Source: Alphaproteobacteria bacterium (lineage in GTDB: Bacteria; Pseudomonadota; Alphaproteobacteria; Rs-D84). From it: a stretch of DNA of 64,000 nt. The stretch lies in assembly GCA_024402715.1 (NCBI GenBank), contig JAKSTF010000001.1:78924-142923 (forward strand), in the 5' to 3' direction. Positions 10,946-19,164 of the stretch are shown piece after piece. The notes under the pieces were generated by a model. That model did no database searches, had not been told where the DNA came from, and saw only the letters and a list, made by a program, of their open reading frames with translations. The position numbers and the translations under genes were made by a program. Numbering within the stretch: the stretch's first letter is position 1; each line of letters begins with the position of its first letter.

Positions 10946-11849
10946 ATAATTTCTCCCTTAGCCATACAAAAAATCTATCTTCAATATTTACAACTAATTT
11001 TGCATATTTTATTTCTTCACGCACATTTTCTGGTAAACGAACCCAATCTTTTTCCGTCGTTAATAATTTTGCCCCTATTGAATTAGCCTGGGTTCTTAAA
11101 TTCTCTATATCATCATCTGTATATTGATAATGATCTGCAAAACTCTTTGTTTTAACGACATTACGCCCCAACGCATTAAAAAACTTTTTTGGATACCCAA
11201 TACCCGCAAATGCAAAAACACGACGAGACGAACCATATGGTGATACAGTTTGGCGCCGCGCATAAAATACCGGAATATTATCTGGCAAAATAAAATCACT
11301 ACGTGGATTTTGCGAACGAATAACAATAATCGCATCTGCACCAACCGCCGCACTGATCGGTTCACGTAACGGTCCCGCAGGCAACAATAACCCATTACCA
11401 TATCCGATACTATCATCAAAAACCAATATTGAAATATCTTTATGTATCCGAGGATTTTGTAATCCATCATCCATAACGATTGGACCACGCGCACCATTTT
11501 GACGATTTAATAACATTACATTACAAAGGCGACTGCCGGTATGAACCTGTAAACCGTATCTAGATAACATCAGTGCTTCATCCCCGACACCAGATGTTTT
11601 CATGTTACTTTTGTAGCCACGCATAATAATTGGTGCATCCAGGAAACTGGCAATATTACGAACAATTGGTGTTTTTCCAACCCCACCCGCCAATATATTA
11701 CCAATACAAATTATCGGACGTCTGGATTTATAAACACGCAATTCTCGAATATTGTAAACAATACGTGTTATGCCGTAATAAACCCATGACACGGGTACCA
11801 AGATTATCGCCAACGGCGTTTTTTTTAAAAACCACCACGGTGTTTTCAT
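10926..11849 (-). CDS. lpxK: Tetraacyldisaccharide 4'-kinase
   Basis: P-loop IGNILAGGVGKTPIV after an N-terminal membrane anchor; size 307 aa; overlaps lpxC by 20 nt. Confidence 0.85.
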   Translation of the reverse strand: MKTPWWFLKKTPLAIILVPVSWVYYGITRIVYNIRELRVYKSRRPIICIGNILAGGVGKTPIVRNIASFLDAPIIMRGYKSNMKTSGVGDEALMLSRYGLQVHTGSRLCNVMLLNRQNGARGPIVMDDGLQNPRIHKDISILVFDDSIGYGNGLLLPAGPLREPISAAVGADAIIVIRSQNPRSDFILPDNIPVFYARRQTVSPYGSSRRVFAFAGIGYPKKFFNALGRNVVKTKSFADHYQYTDDDIENLRTQANSIGAKLLTTEKDWVRLPENVREEIKYAKLVVNIEDRFFVWLREKLYGRIKK

Positions 11850-12643
11850 TTATTATTTCCTTTGTTTTTTCGTTTAGCGGCCCGTTGTTCACGCAAAAAC
11901 TTTTTATATTCACCGGCCTTTAAATCTTGTTCAACAATAGGTAAATTGTACTTAGCATCACATGAACGTATATGTTCCAACATTACATGTTCCAAATTTG
12001 CACGTACTTTTTCAAACTCTTCAACTGGCGTATTACGATCTATAAATACAGGTGCACCAAAAACATATGTTATTTTGGAAAACGGTAATGCAACCATAAA
12101 TTTATCCCAACGTTTTAAGAAACGGACATTTGATGCAGAAAACGATACAGGAACAATCGGAGCCCCGGTCATTTTTGCAAAATATAACGCACCATCTTGC
12201 ATGCGCATAGATGGTCCCCCAGGACCATCAGGGGAAATACATAACGAATAATTGCCATGTTGTAATACACGCACACCAGCACGCAAAACATTCAATGCTC
12301 CTTTGGTTGTGCTGCCATAAATTGCACCTAAACCAAATAAACGTTGCAATTTCGCAATTGTTCGTCCCCCATTATGTTGACTGGCAACAACACAACCACG
12401 ACGCCCGGCCAGAAACATAACTGGCGACAACATCATCATTCGTCCATGCCAAAATGTGTATATAACTGATTTATTTTGGCACTGTTTGAAATATTCGTAA
12501 TTGATATACTTACGGCGACTGGTAAAAAAAACAATCCAAATGTATATTGCCAATAATACTGCAACAATCCATTGTACGCCAAAAGACAATAAGACTGTTT
12601 GCCAAAACTTTTTCCATCTTTTCTTAAATTGTTTGTATGTCAT
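11846..12643 (-). CDS. DUF374 / lysophospholipid-acyltransferase-like protein
   Basis: Track ORF 11846..12736, trimmed to ATG 12643 (MTYKQFKK) behind AAGGAC. Block SQHNGGRTIAKLQRLFGLGAIYGSTTKGALNVLRAG..CISPDGPGGP is typical of DUF374 proteins found next to kdtA/lpxK in alphaproteobacteria. Confidence 0.7.
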   Translation of the reverse strand: MTYKQFKKRWKKFWQTVLLSFGVQWIVAVLLAIYIWIVFFTSRRKYINYEYFKQCQNKSVIYTFWHGRMMMLSPVMFLAGRRGCVVASQHNGGRTIAKLQRLFGLGAIYGSTTKGALNVLRAGVRVLQHGNYSLCISPDGPGGPSMRMQDGALYFAKMTGAPIVPVSFSASNVRFLKRWDKFMVALPFSKITYVFGAPVFIDRNTPVEEFEKVRANLEHVMLEHIRSCDAKYNLPIVEQDLKAGEYKKFLREQRAAKRKNKGNNK

Positions 12644-12737
12644 AATTACGTCCTTAGTGGGAATAATAACAACAAACAAGATAGATTTCAAGACACCGCA
12701 CAAAAGTTTCTGTTTGAGGTGCAAAAACAGAAACATC

Positions 12738-12766
12738 TTGACTTTGAATACTTAACCATGTATAAT
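12738..12766 (+). promoter_or_regulatory. Near-consensus sigma70-type promoter for tRNA-fMet
   Basis: TTGACT (12738-12743), 17-nt spacer, TATAAT (12761-12766), 12 nt before the tRNA 5' end. Confidence 0.65.
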
Positions 12767-12778
12767 TATCATTGTTGT

Positions 12779-12855
<77 letters not shown>

Positions 12856-12862
12856 AGGTTTC

Positions 12863-12885
12863 GCCCAGACGTCTGGGCTTTTTAA
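12863..12885 (+). terminator. Intrinsic terminator after tRNA-fMet
   Basis: GCCCAGAC/GTCTGGGC palindrome followed by TTTTT. Confidence 0.75.
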
Positions 12886-12905
12886 TTTTTATTGATATTA
12901 TAAAC

Positions 12906-13481
12906 ATGGAAAGATTTTTTGAAGTATTTAAAAAAGATTTGGAAACAGAACGTTTAGAATTACGTATTCTAGAACAGAATGCAGAAAACGCTAAATTGGT
13001 GTGGAATGTATTAAAAACACAAAAAATGTCAGATTTTCAATATGCCCCTATGACGGATGATATTTTACCAAAATCACTTGAAGAGACATGTGATATAATG
13101 AAAAGACAAAATCAATGGTGTGAAACAAACGGCGTAAATTGGTATATTTTTTATAAAAACAACTTGATCGGATATCAACGTATCCATTATTGGGAAAATA
13201 TAAAAACAGTTCAATGTGCAGATGTTTGGATTGTACGCCAATTCCAAGGTAACGGTTTTAATCAAGAAATTCATAAAAAAATTGAAGAATTAGCTTTTGA
13301 TCAACTTGACGCCAATAGAATATGTCGTCAATGTATGAAAGATAATAAAAAATCATTTAATTCTATCATTAAATCTGGTTTTCATCTAGATGGCATTGAC
13401 AGACAATCTGTTATTGGGCCAGATGGTTCATATATGGATCATTGTCATTTTTCAAAATTAAAATCTGAATACATAAAATAA
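12906..13481 (+). CDS. GNAT-family N-acetyltransferase (RimJ/RimL-like)
   Basis: N-terminal LETERLELRIL motif and central ..VWIVRQFQGNGFNQEIHKKIEELAF.. (Q/R-x-x-G-x-G/A acetyl-CoA loop); 191 aa. Confidence 0.7.
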   Translation: MERFFEVFKKDLETERLELRILEQNAENAKLVWNVLKTQKMSDFQYAPMTDDILPKSLEETCDIMKRQNQWCETNGVNWYIFYKNNLIGYQRIHYWENIKTVQCADVWIVRQFQGNGFNQEIHKKIEELAFDQLDANRICRQCMKDNKKSFNSIIKSGFHLDGIDRQSVIGPDGSYMDHCHFSKLKSEYIK

Positions 13482-13566
13482 TCACTTTTTGGTAAGATTC
13501 ATTAAAACTTATTTAGTAATATTTAATGATTATTGCATAATCTAGATCAAGTCATACAAAAAATCG

Positions 13567-13593
13567 TTGACGATTTTTTTTTTTTTCTACAAT
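13567..13593 (+). promoter_or_regulatory. Candidate promoter whose spacer is a T13 homopolymer
   Basis: TTGACG (13567-13572), spacer A-T13-C (15 nt, T13 at 13574-13586), TACAAT (13588-13593). The RBS AAAGGA and ATG 13623 lie downstream. Confidence 0.45.
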
Positions 13594-13622
13594 AACAATA
13601 AGAAACCAAAGGATTTTTCATT

Positions 13623-14480
13623 ATGACTCTGATTGCACACGGTATTTTAGCCCTTAATAAATATATTAAAGAAAACAAACTGACAAATGCCCAAAAAAAA
13701 TTATCTAATGCCCAAAGGGCTGGAATGTCTGAGCAAGATCTGTCCCCCCTCAAAACGAATGTATTAACTGCTCGTCGCGAATTTTTTGATTCGAGAGATC
13801 TGCTTGAAAAATTAAAACGATTTGAGGGAAAAATTGATATATTTATGCCTCAAACAGGTAAACCATATGATGGCAATCCTTTTGCCTTAGGCCGAACAGT
13901 TGGTTATATTGTTCTGGCCATACCTGTGTTAACTGGCCTGCTAGCGTATGAGACAGTAAAGTTGGCCGCTAATAATGTAAAAGAAAAACAAATATACAAT
14001 AAAAAATTAAAAGAAGATGCCAAAATCAAAGCAGACGAAAAAGCAAAGCAGCTTGCCCAAGAAAAATTTGAAGAAACAGAAGAACTTAAAGAAAAACAAG
14101 AAATAACTATTTTAACAAAGGCCGTTTCAGAAGCAGATTTTATTGGGATTCGTAATGTGGATATACCAACCGATAAAACAGCTATTATTGTTGGTCTTGT
14201 TGATGAATACGGCAAAATTGCAGAAATTACTATGAAAGAAGGTAAAATGGTTTTATTTATGGATGACAATCCCCAATCAAAAATATTTTCTGCATTCTTT
14301 ATAGATCCAGAAACAGGTAATTTTGAAGAAATTGCAAGGGTTAAATCTTCGAGAGGAATAGATAAAATACGTTCTTCTATAATAACTCAAATCAGCAAAC
14401 AGGAAAAGAAACAGCAAGAACGTAAAAATGCAGAATTAAGGAACGAGCAAATTATGCACGCAATAAACCAACGACAATAA
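13623..14480 (+). CDS. Hypothetical single-pass membrane protein with a Lys/Glu-rich coiled coil
   Basis: 285 aa; TM VGYIVLAIPVLTGLLAY; charged helix KEKQIYNKKLKEDAKIKADEKAKQLAQEKFEETEELKEKQE. No recognisable family. Followed by a terminator. Confidence 0.6.
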   Translation: MTLIAHGILALNKYIKENKLTNAQKKLSNAQRAGMSEQDLSPLKTNVLTARREFFDSRDLLEKLKRFEGKIDIFMPQTGKPYDGNPFALGRTVGYIVLAIPVLTGLLAYETVKLAANNVKEKQIYNKKLKEDAKIKADEKAKQLAQEKFEETEELKEKQEITILTKAVSEADFIGIRNVDIPTDKTAIIVGLVDEYGKIAEITMKEGKMVLFMDDNPQSKIFSAFFIDPETGNFEEIARVKSSRGIDKIRSSIITQISKQEKKQQERKNAELRNEQIMHAINQRQ

Positions 14481-14484
14481 ATAT

Positions 14485-14510
14485 AAAAACCATCCAATCG
14501 GATGGTTTTT
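14485..14510. terminator. Bidirectional intrinsic terminator
   Basis: AAAAACCATCC-AATC-GGATGGTTTTT. Confidence 0.75.
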
Positions 14511-14598
14511 GTATGGTTATTTTTAAATTGACGATTACATATCACAAGATTAGAAAAATAAGGTTGTCGTGACTTTATTTGACATATTAGAGAACATT

Positions 14599-14823
14599 TT
14601 ATCTTTGTTTCTGCCCCATTGCGATATTAAACGTATTAACATCGCTAATCTTTATTCCATTTTTTATATTTTTTAATTCCAATTTGTCCTTTTCTAACCT
14701 AAGTTGCGCCCTACTGCATTCACTTACCGCAATGCCGGCCACAGCACTTAATATTATGATCCACAAACAACCATCCAACCTGAATGTGATTTTATTTTTA
14801 CCATTTACCTCATAATTTTGCAT
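14599..14823 (-). CDS. Small hypothetical membrane protein (74 aa)
   Basis: Single hydrophobic helix CLWIIILSAVAGIAV; RBS-like AAAGGA upstream of the ATG. No family recognised. Confidence 0.35.
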   Translation of the reverse strand: MQNYEVNGKNKITFRLDGCLWIIILSAVAGIAVSECSRAQLRLEKDKLELKNIKNGIKISDVNTFNIAMGQKQR

Positions 14824-15016
14824 TTTTAATCCTTTGTGGTATAGATTAGTATATCAATATACTTTTTCAAGCATATTCTTGTATTTCACTATTTATAACA
14901 TTTTAATGTTATGATTTTATATTTCTTTTATTCCACATTAAATTATATTATTTTCTGTAAAATATCATTGATAAAAATATTTATTACACTTCTTGAATTC
15001 GGAAAATTTAACTCTG

Positions 15017-15925
15017 TTAAACTAATCCTTTTCGTTCACAATTTATCATATCTACCCGGTATTGTGATTCTTTTTCATCTTTGTTTTTTATTTTTTGCCC
15101 ACCGATATTAAATAAAAATTTATCTCTTAAATTATTATTGGCCAGAAAACCATCCTCAACATGTATTACAGAATGTATTTCTAATTCTGTTAAACATTTA
15201 TTATTGTTCATAAACAGCCTAGCTATACGTTCTAAATTTGGCGCACAAACTTTTTTTACACTATCATTACAATTCATAAATCTGTACCCAACCTGTACTA
15301 ATTCTGGAAAATATAACTCTATTAAACGATTATTATAATACATAAAATCATTCTCGACTTGGATCAAATTTGGTAAAACCAATTCTATCAACTTGATATT
15401 TCTATACAAAAAATCATTACCAACGTATTTCAAATTTGGTAAATATAATTTTACTAAATCTGTATTACTGCTCATAAAATCATTACCAACCCGGATTAAA
15501 TTTGGCATATTTATTTTTATATCATTTTTATTGAAACGCAAAAATTCATTTTTTATTGTTGAAACTGATGGTAAATTTAATTCACGCAAACTGTTGTTAT
15601 GGCGTAAAAATTTATCACCAATATGCGTTACGGTTGGAAAATTTATCGCTGTTATTTTACCATCTTCAATATGAACAATTTCAACACCGTCTGCCAATAT
15701 TCCATTTTTATTTACTGTTACTTTTTTGTTTTTTATTTCTGTATTAAAAGCATCAATAAAACCATCATCCAAACCAGATGGATTTAATAATCGTTTTTCT
15801 TTATTATCCCATATAAAATAATCTAATACTGTTTGATTGTCTCGGTTTATTTCATGTATTTGACCATGTGATTCATAAAAATTTTCACCAAAATAAACAT
15901 TACATATCTCATAATTATATTTCAA
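15017..15925 (-). CDS. Leucine-rich-repeat protein (about 22-23-aa repeats L-x-L-P-N-L-x-x-V-G-N-x-F-L/M-x-x-N), possibly the C-terminal part of a split gene
   Basis: Repeats read NLPSVSTIKNEFLRFN / NMPNLIRVGNDFMSSNTDLVKLY / LPNLKYVGNDFLYRNIKLIELV / LPNLIQVENDFMYYNNRLIELY / FPELVQVGYRFMN.. The only available start is TTG, with no Shine-Dalgarno. Overlaps the upstream ORF by 11 nt in the +1 frame. Confidence 0.6.
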   Translation of the reverse strand: MKYNYEICNVYFGENFYESHGQIHEINRDNQTVLDYFIWDNKEKRLLNPSGLDDGFIDAFNTEIKNKKVTVNKNGILADGVEIVHIEDGKITAINFPTVTHIGDKFLRHNNSLRELNLPSVSTIKNEFLRFNKNDIKINMPNLIRVGNDFMSSNTDLVKLYLPNLKYVGNDFLYRNIKLIELVLPNLIQVENDFMYYNNRLIELYFPELVQVGYRFMNCNDSVKKVCAPNLERIARLFMNNNKCLTELEIHSVIHVEDGFLANNNLRDKFLFNIGGQKIKNKDEKESQYRVDMINCERKGLV

Positions 15926-16565
15926 GAATATTATCTTGAATTAACGTAAACCCAGCAGGCAAATTAATGTCTGTTAGTTGCCAATCAATATTGAACTTTG
16001 CCTTTAATGCTAAAGATAACCCAGATATTATTTCATCTGGATTACTGCCAAACGTATTATCTGGATTTTCAACAGTATGATTATATCTATTTTTTATTGA
16101 TATTCGTCCACCAGCTTTTAACATTTGAATTGATATAACACTGGTACCATACTCATCTTGACGTGCTGGATTTGGTGACGGTTTAATTGAATCAATATTA
16201 TATTTAACCGCATTTACTATATAAAATTTTTCAAATCGGTGCGGATCTGTAAATGTACATAATTCTTCATGCGATCTAAAATATTTTTGTATCGCATTTT
16301 GTTTTTCCAACGTATCTGCATATTCAACAAATTCATACCCTGCCCGATGTAACAATTCAAATGGATCATTTGTATCTGTTGGTTGTGTCGTAAATACACG
16401 CAAAGAAGAAACATATGGCAATATGTCTTGTGCATCTCGTTCCGATTTACCCGCATATTTAATAATATCAACAATATTTGGTAAATCTAAAACCGGTCGC
16501 AAAACACGTGCAAACTTTTCACCATTTTGTTTCTTTATTATTTCATATACTGACTTTTTTACCAT
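15915..16565 (-). CDS. Hypothetical protein (216 aa), possibly the N-terminal part of the LRR gene
   Basis: Clean ORF with a GGGGGAAAACGAGG-type RBS region upstream of ATG 16565. No family recognised. Confidence 0.55.
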   Translation of the reverse strand: MVKKSVYEIIKKQNGEKFARVLRPVLDLPNIVDIIKYAGKSERDAQDILPYVSSLRVFTTQPTDTNDPFELLHRAGYEFVEYADTLEKQNAIQKYFRSHEELCTFTDPHRFEKFYIVNAVKYNIDSIKPSPNPARQDEYGTSVISIQMLKAGGRISIKNRYNHTVENPDNTFGSNPDEIISGLSLALKAKFNIDWQLTDINLPAGFTLIQDNILEI

Positions 16566-16603
16566 AACAAACCTCGTTTTCCCCCAATTCTACCACAAAT
16601 TAT

Positions 16604-16634
16604 AAAAAACACCCCTTTTTTGTGGGGTGTTTTG
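16604..16634 (-). terminator. Intrinsic terminator downstream of the TPR gene
   Basis: On the minus strand, AAAACACCCC-ACAAAAAA-GGGGTGTTTTTT. Confidence 0.75.
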
Positions 16635-16658
16635 GAATTTTATTATGTATAACAAACG

Positions 16659-17735
16659 TTATTCTTGAGTTGAATTAATTCCAATCATCAAATTTTGTAA
16701 ACGTTCCATACTTGTCGCATCATTCAACGCCGCAGCAATCGTATACGCAGATTCTAAATCACGACGCGCATCATCTATATTACCCAAATTCAAATTTAAT
16801 GCAGCTGATTTTTCGTAATACGACATTGCATTACTGGATAATCTTTCCCGTTCTTCAGTGGTAGTAGTCCCGGCAATTTGTTCAGATATTACACGCACTG
16901 CAGAATCGTAATCCAAAACTGCTTCGCTGTACTTATTTAATGCAGTGTATGCCTCAGCACGTTCAGCATATACAGACGGGCTGATAATACCATCTGGTAA
17001 TGCCAATGAATTTGTATAATCTGCAACAGCACCATCCCAATTTTTCAACCACAAATTCAATTGGCCACGTTTTGCATACAAATCGCGCATTTGTAAAATT
17101 TCACTTGGTGAAACAGTTTGGGCTGCCAACGCGGCATTCACATCAGCCAAGGCAGCATCATAATTTTCCATACGAGTATAAATTAATGCCCGATCATAAT
17201 ACGCAACAGCATTTCCTGCTTCTTTTTCAATCGCCATATTAAAATCATTTAAAGCTGCCGCATAATCACCAGATTGCATATATGCTTCGCCTCGTAGGAT
17301 ATACGCATCAACATTTGCCGTCCCTGTTTCAATTGCGGCTGTTAAATCTGAAATTGCATCTGCAATATTTTTTGCCAATAAATTAGTTTTTCCACGTTCG
17401 TAATAGTCAGATGCCTGCAGCAATGTTTCTTCACTAACACCATTTGACATGCTTTGTACCTGGTTCATCATGCCATGACTGCGTCCCAAAATATAAAATG
17501 TTGCGGATATAAAAAACAATATTATAAACCAATAAATATATATTGATAAAGACCACGGATTAAAGCATTGTTTACAATCCGGCGTTGCTTTGGTTCCTTT
17601 TACAGCCAAAACATCCTTGTTAACTTCCCGCATTTCTTTGGTTAATTTCTTTGTCATCGGTGCAACACTGGCGGTTTTAGCAGAATTGCGCCCCTTTTTA
17701 GAGGTATTTTTTTCCATAATAAAACTCCCTTCCAT
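16659..17735 (-). CDS. Membrane-anchored tetratricopeptide-repeat protein
   Basis: Lys-rich N-terminus, TM (LSIYIYWFIILFFISATFYIL), then repeated A-x-x-D-x-x-x-A-I/L..P..A.AY..RG motifs (e.g. DAYILRGEAYMQSGDYAAALNDFNMAIE, AVAYYDRALIYTRMENYDAALADVNAAL). The start may be M7 (17717). Confidence 0.75.
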   Translation of the reverse strand: MEGSFIMEKNTSKKGRNSAKTASVAPMTKKLTKEMREVNKDVLAVKGTKATPDCKQCFNPWSLSIYIYWFIILFFISATFYILGRSHGMMNQVQSMSNGVSEETLLQASDYYERGKTNLLAKNIADAISDLTAAIETGTANVDAYILRGEAYMQSGDYAAALNDFNMAIEKEAGNAVAYYDRALIYTRMENYDAALADVNAALAAQTVSPSEILQMRDLYAKRGQLNLWLKNWDGAVADYTNSLALPDGIISPSVYAERAEAYTALNKYSEAVLDYDSAVRVISEQIAGTTTTEERERLSSNAMSYYEKSAALNLNLGNIDDARRDLESAYTIAAALNDATSMERLQNLMIGINSTQE

Positions 17736-17751
17736 TTATATAATTAAAATA

Positions 17752-18450
17752 TTAGAGAGATTTTAAAAGCGCGTCAACAGTTTTCTGTGAAATTTCAACA
17801 ATTTTTCCAACCGGTAATTTTCCCAATTCAATATTTCCAAAAGAAATCCTATGTAATTTTTGTACTGGGGCACCACAGGCACGCAATACGATACGAATTT
17901 CATTTTTTTTTCCTTCAGTTACCGTAATACGTAAATCACCATTTGCCAATTCATGGATTTTCATCGGTCGATAAGTAATCCCATCAACAGTTATTCCACG
18001 ACGTGCCAAATCTAAATTAATTTTCTGTCCACGCTTTACAGATGCAATATATGTCCGTTGTATTTGTGACGATGGTAATGTTAACTTACGGGCTAATTGA
18101 CCATCATTGGTTAATAACAATAATCCCGTTGTTTTAAAATCTAACCGTCCAACATATTTCAACCCACGATACATCTGTGGCAAAAAATCATAAATTGTTT
18201 TTCGTCCATTTGGATCACATGTTGTTGTCATTGTATTTATTGGTTTGTGAAACATATATAATTTTTGCACACCATCTTTCGATATTGGTATTCCGTCCAA
18301 CGTAACAACCGAACCATCTTCAATAAAAAATATCGGTGTATCAACCACAACCCCGTCAACCGCAATTCGCCCAGATACGATTAAATCTTCAGCCATACGC
18401 CGTGATGCAATACCCGTTTGAGCAATAAATTTTGCTATTCTTGTCGTCAT
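17752..18450 (-). CDS. Pseudouridine synthase, RsuA/RluB/RluE family
   Basis: N-terminal S4 domain (RIAKFIAQTGIASRRMAEDLIVSGRIAVDG) and catalytic GRLDFKTTGLLLLTNDGQLA. Confidence 0.85.
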   Translation of the reverse strand: MTTRIAKFIAQTGIASRRMAEDLIVSGRIAVDGVVVDTPIFFIEDGSVVTLDGIPISKDGVQKLYMFHKPINTMTTTCDPNGRKTIYDFLPQMYRGLKYVGRLDFKTTGLLLLTNDGQLARKLTLPSSQIQRTYIASVKRGQKINLDLARRGITVDGITYRPMKIHELANGDLRITVTEGKKNEIRIVLRACGAPVQKLHRISFGNIELGKLPVGKIVEISQKTVDALLKSL

Positions 18451-19109
18451 TTATTGTATATAACCTTTGCAATTGCAATTACGGCAGCCAATTCCGCCCG
18501 TAACACTGTTTTTCCTAAACCAATACCACACGCCCCAGCAGCATCCAATGCAACAAACTCCGCATCAGAAAAACCGCCTTCTGGCCCAATCAAAACAGAT
18601 TTTGTATTACAAACAGTATTTAATATTTGATGTCCGCGCGTCGCTCGCTCATCTGCAAAAACAATATCTGATAAATTTAAATCCACAAATTTCACGGGGG
18701 GCATAATTTTTGGAACACTGTTACGATTAGATTGTTCTGCAGCCTCAATCGCAATTTTTTGCATACGTTCCCAATTTACATGATTTGCTATTGTGTATTC
18801 CGTAATAACGGGCTGAAAACACGCAACCCCCATCTGGGTTGCCATATTTATCAATTCATCCGTACGTTTAATTGGGGCAAAGAACAATGTTATATCCATA
18901 CTTGGATCTGTGTGTTCTGTTTTGTCACCAACAATAAAATATTTATCATCATCTGACAAATGTGCCTTATATTCATTCCCACAACCAAATACCAAACAAT
19001 CGCGGCGGCGCATAACACGTGTTAAATAATGCATAACATCACGTGCCACCTCTACCACCATTCCGGTATTTATATCATCACCTAAAAATATACGTGGAAT
19101 ATTTTTCAT
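18447..19109 (-). CDS. rsmE: 16S rRNA (uracil1498-N3)-methyltransferase
   Basis: RsmE layout: N-terminal PUA-like RIFL..., C-terminal LIGPEGGFSDAEF...LGKTVLRAELAAV. Confidence 0.8.
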   Translation of the reverse strand: MKNIPRIFLGDDINTGMVVEVARDVMHYLTRVMRRRDCLVFGCGNEYKAHLSDDDKYFIVGDKTEHTDPSMDITLFFAPIKRTDELINMATQMGVACFQPVITEYTIANHVNWERMQKIAIEAAEQSNRNSVPKIMPPVKFVDLNLSDIVFADERATRGHQILNTVCNTKSVLIGPEGGFSDAEFVALDAAGACGIGLGKTVLRAELAAVIAIAKVIYNK

Positions 19110-19164
19110 ATTTTTTTATTTCCTGATTTATCATTATGCTTTTTTCTGATATAATGGTAACATA

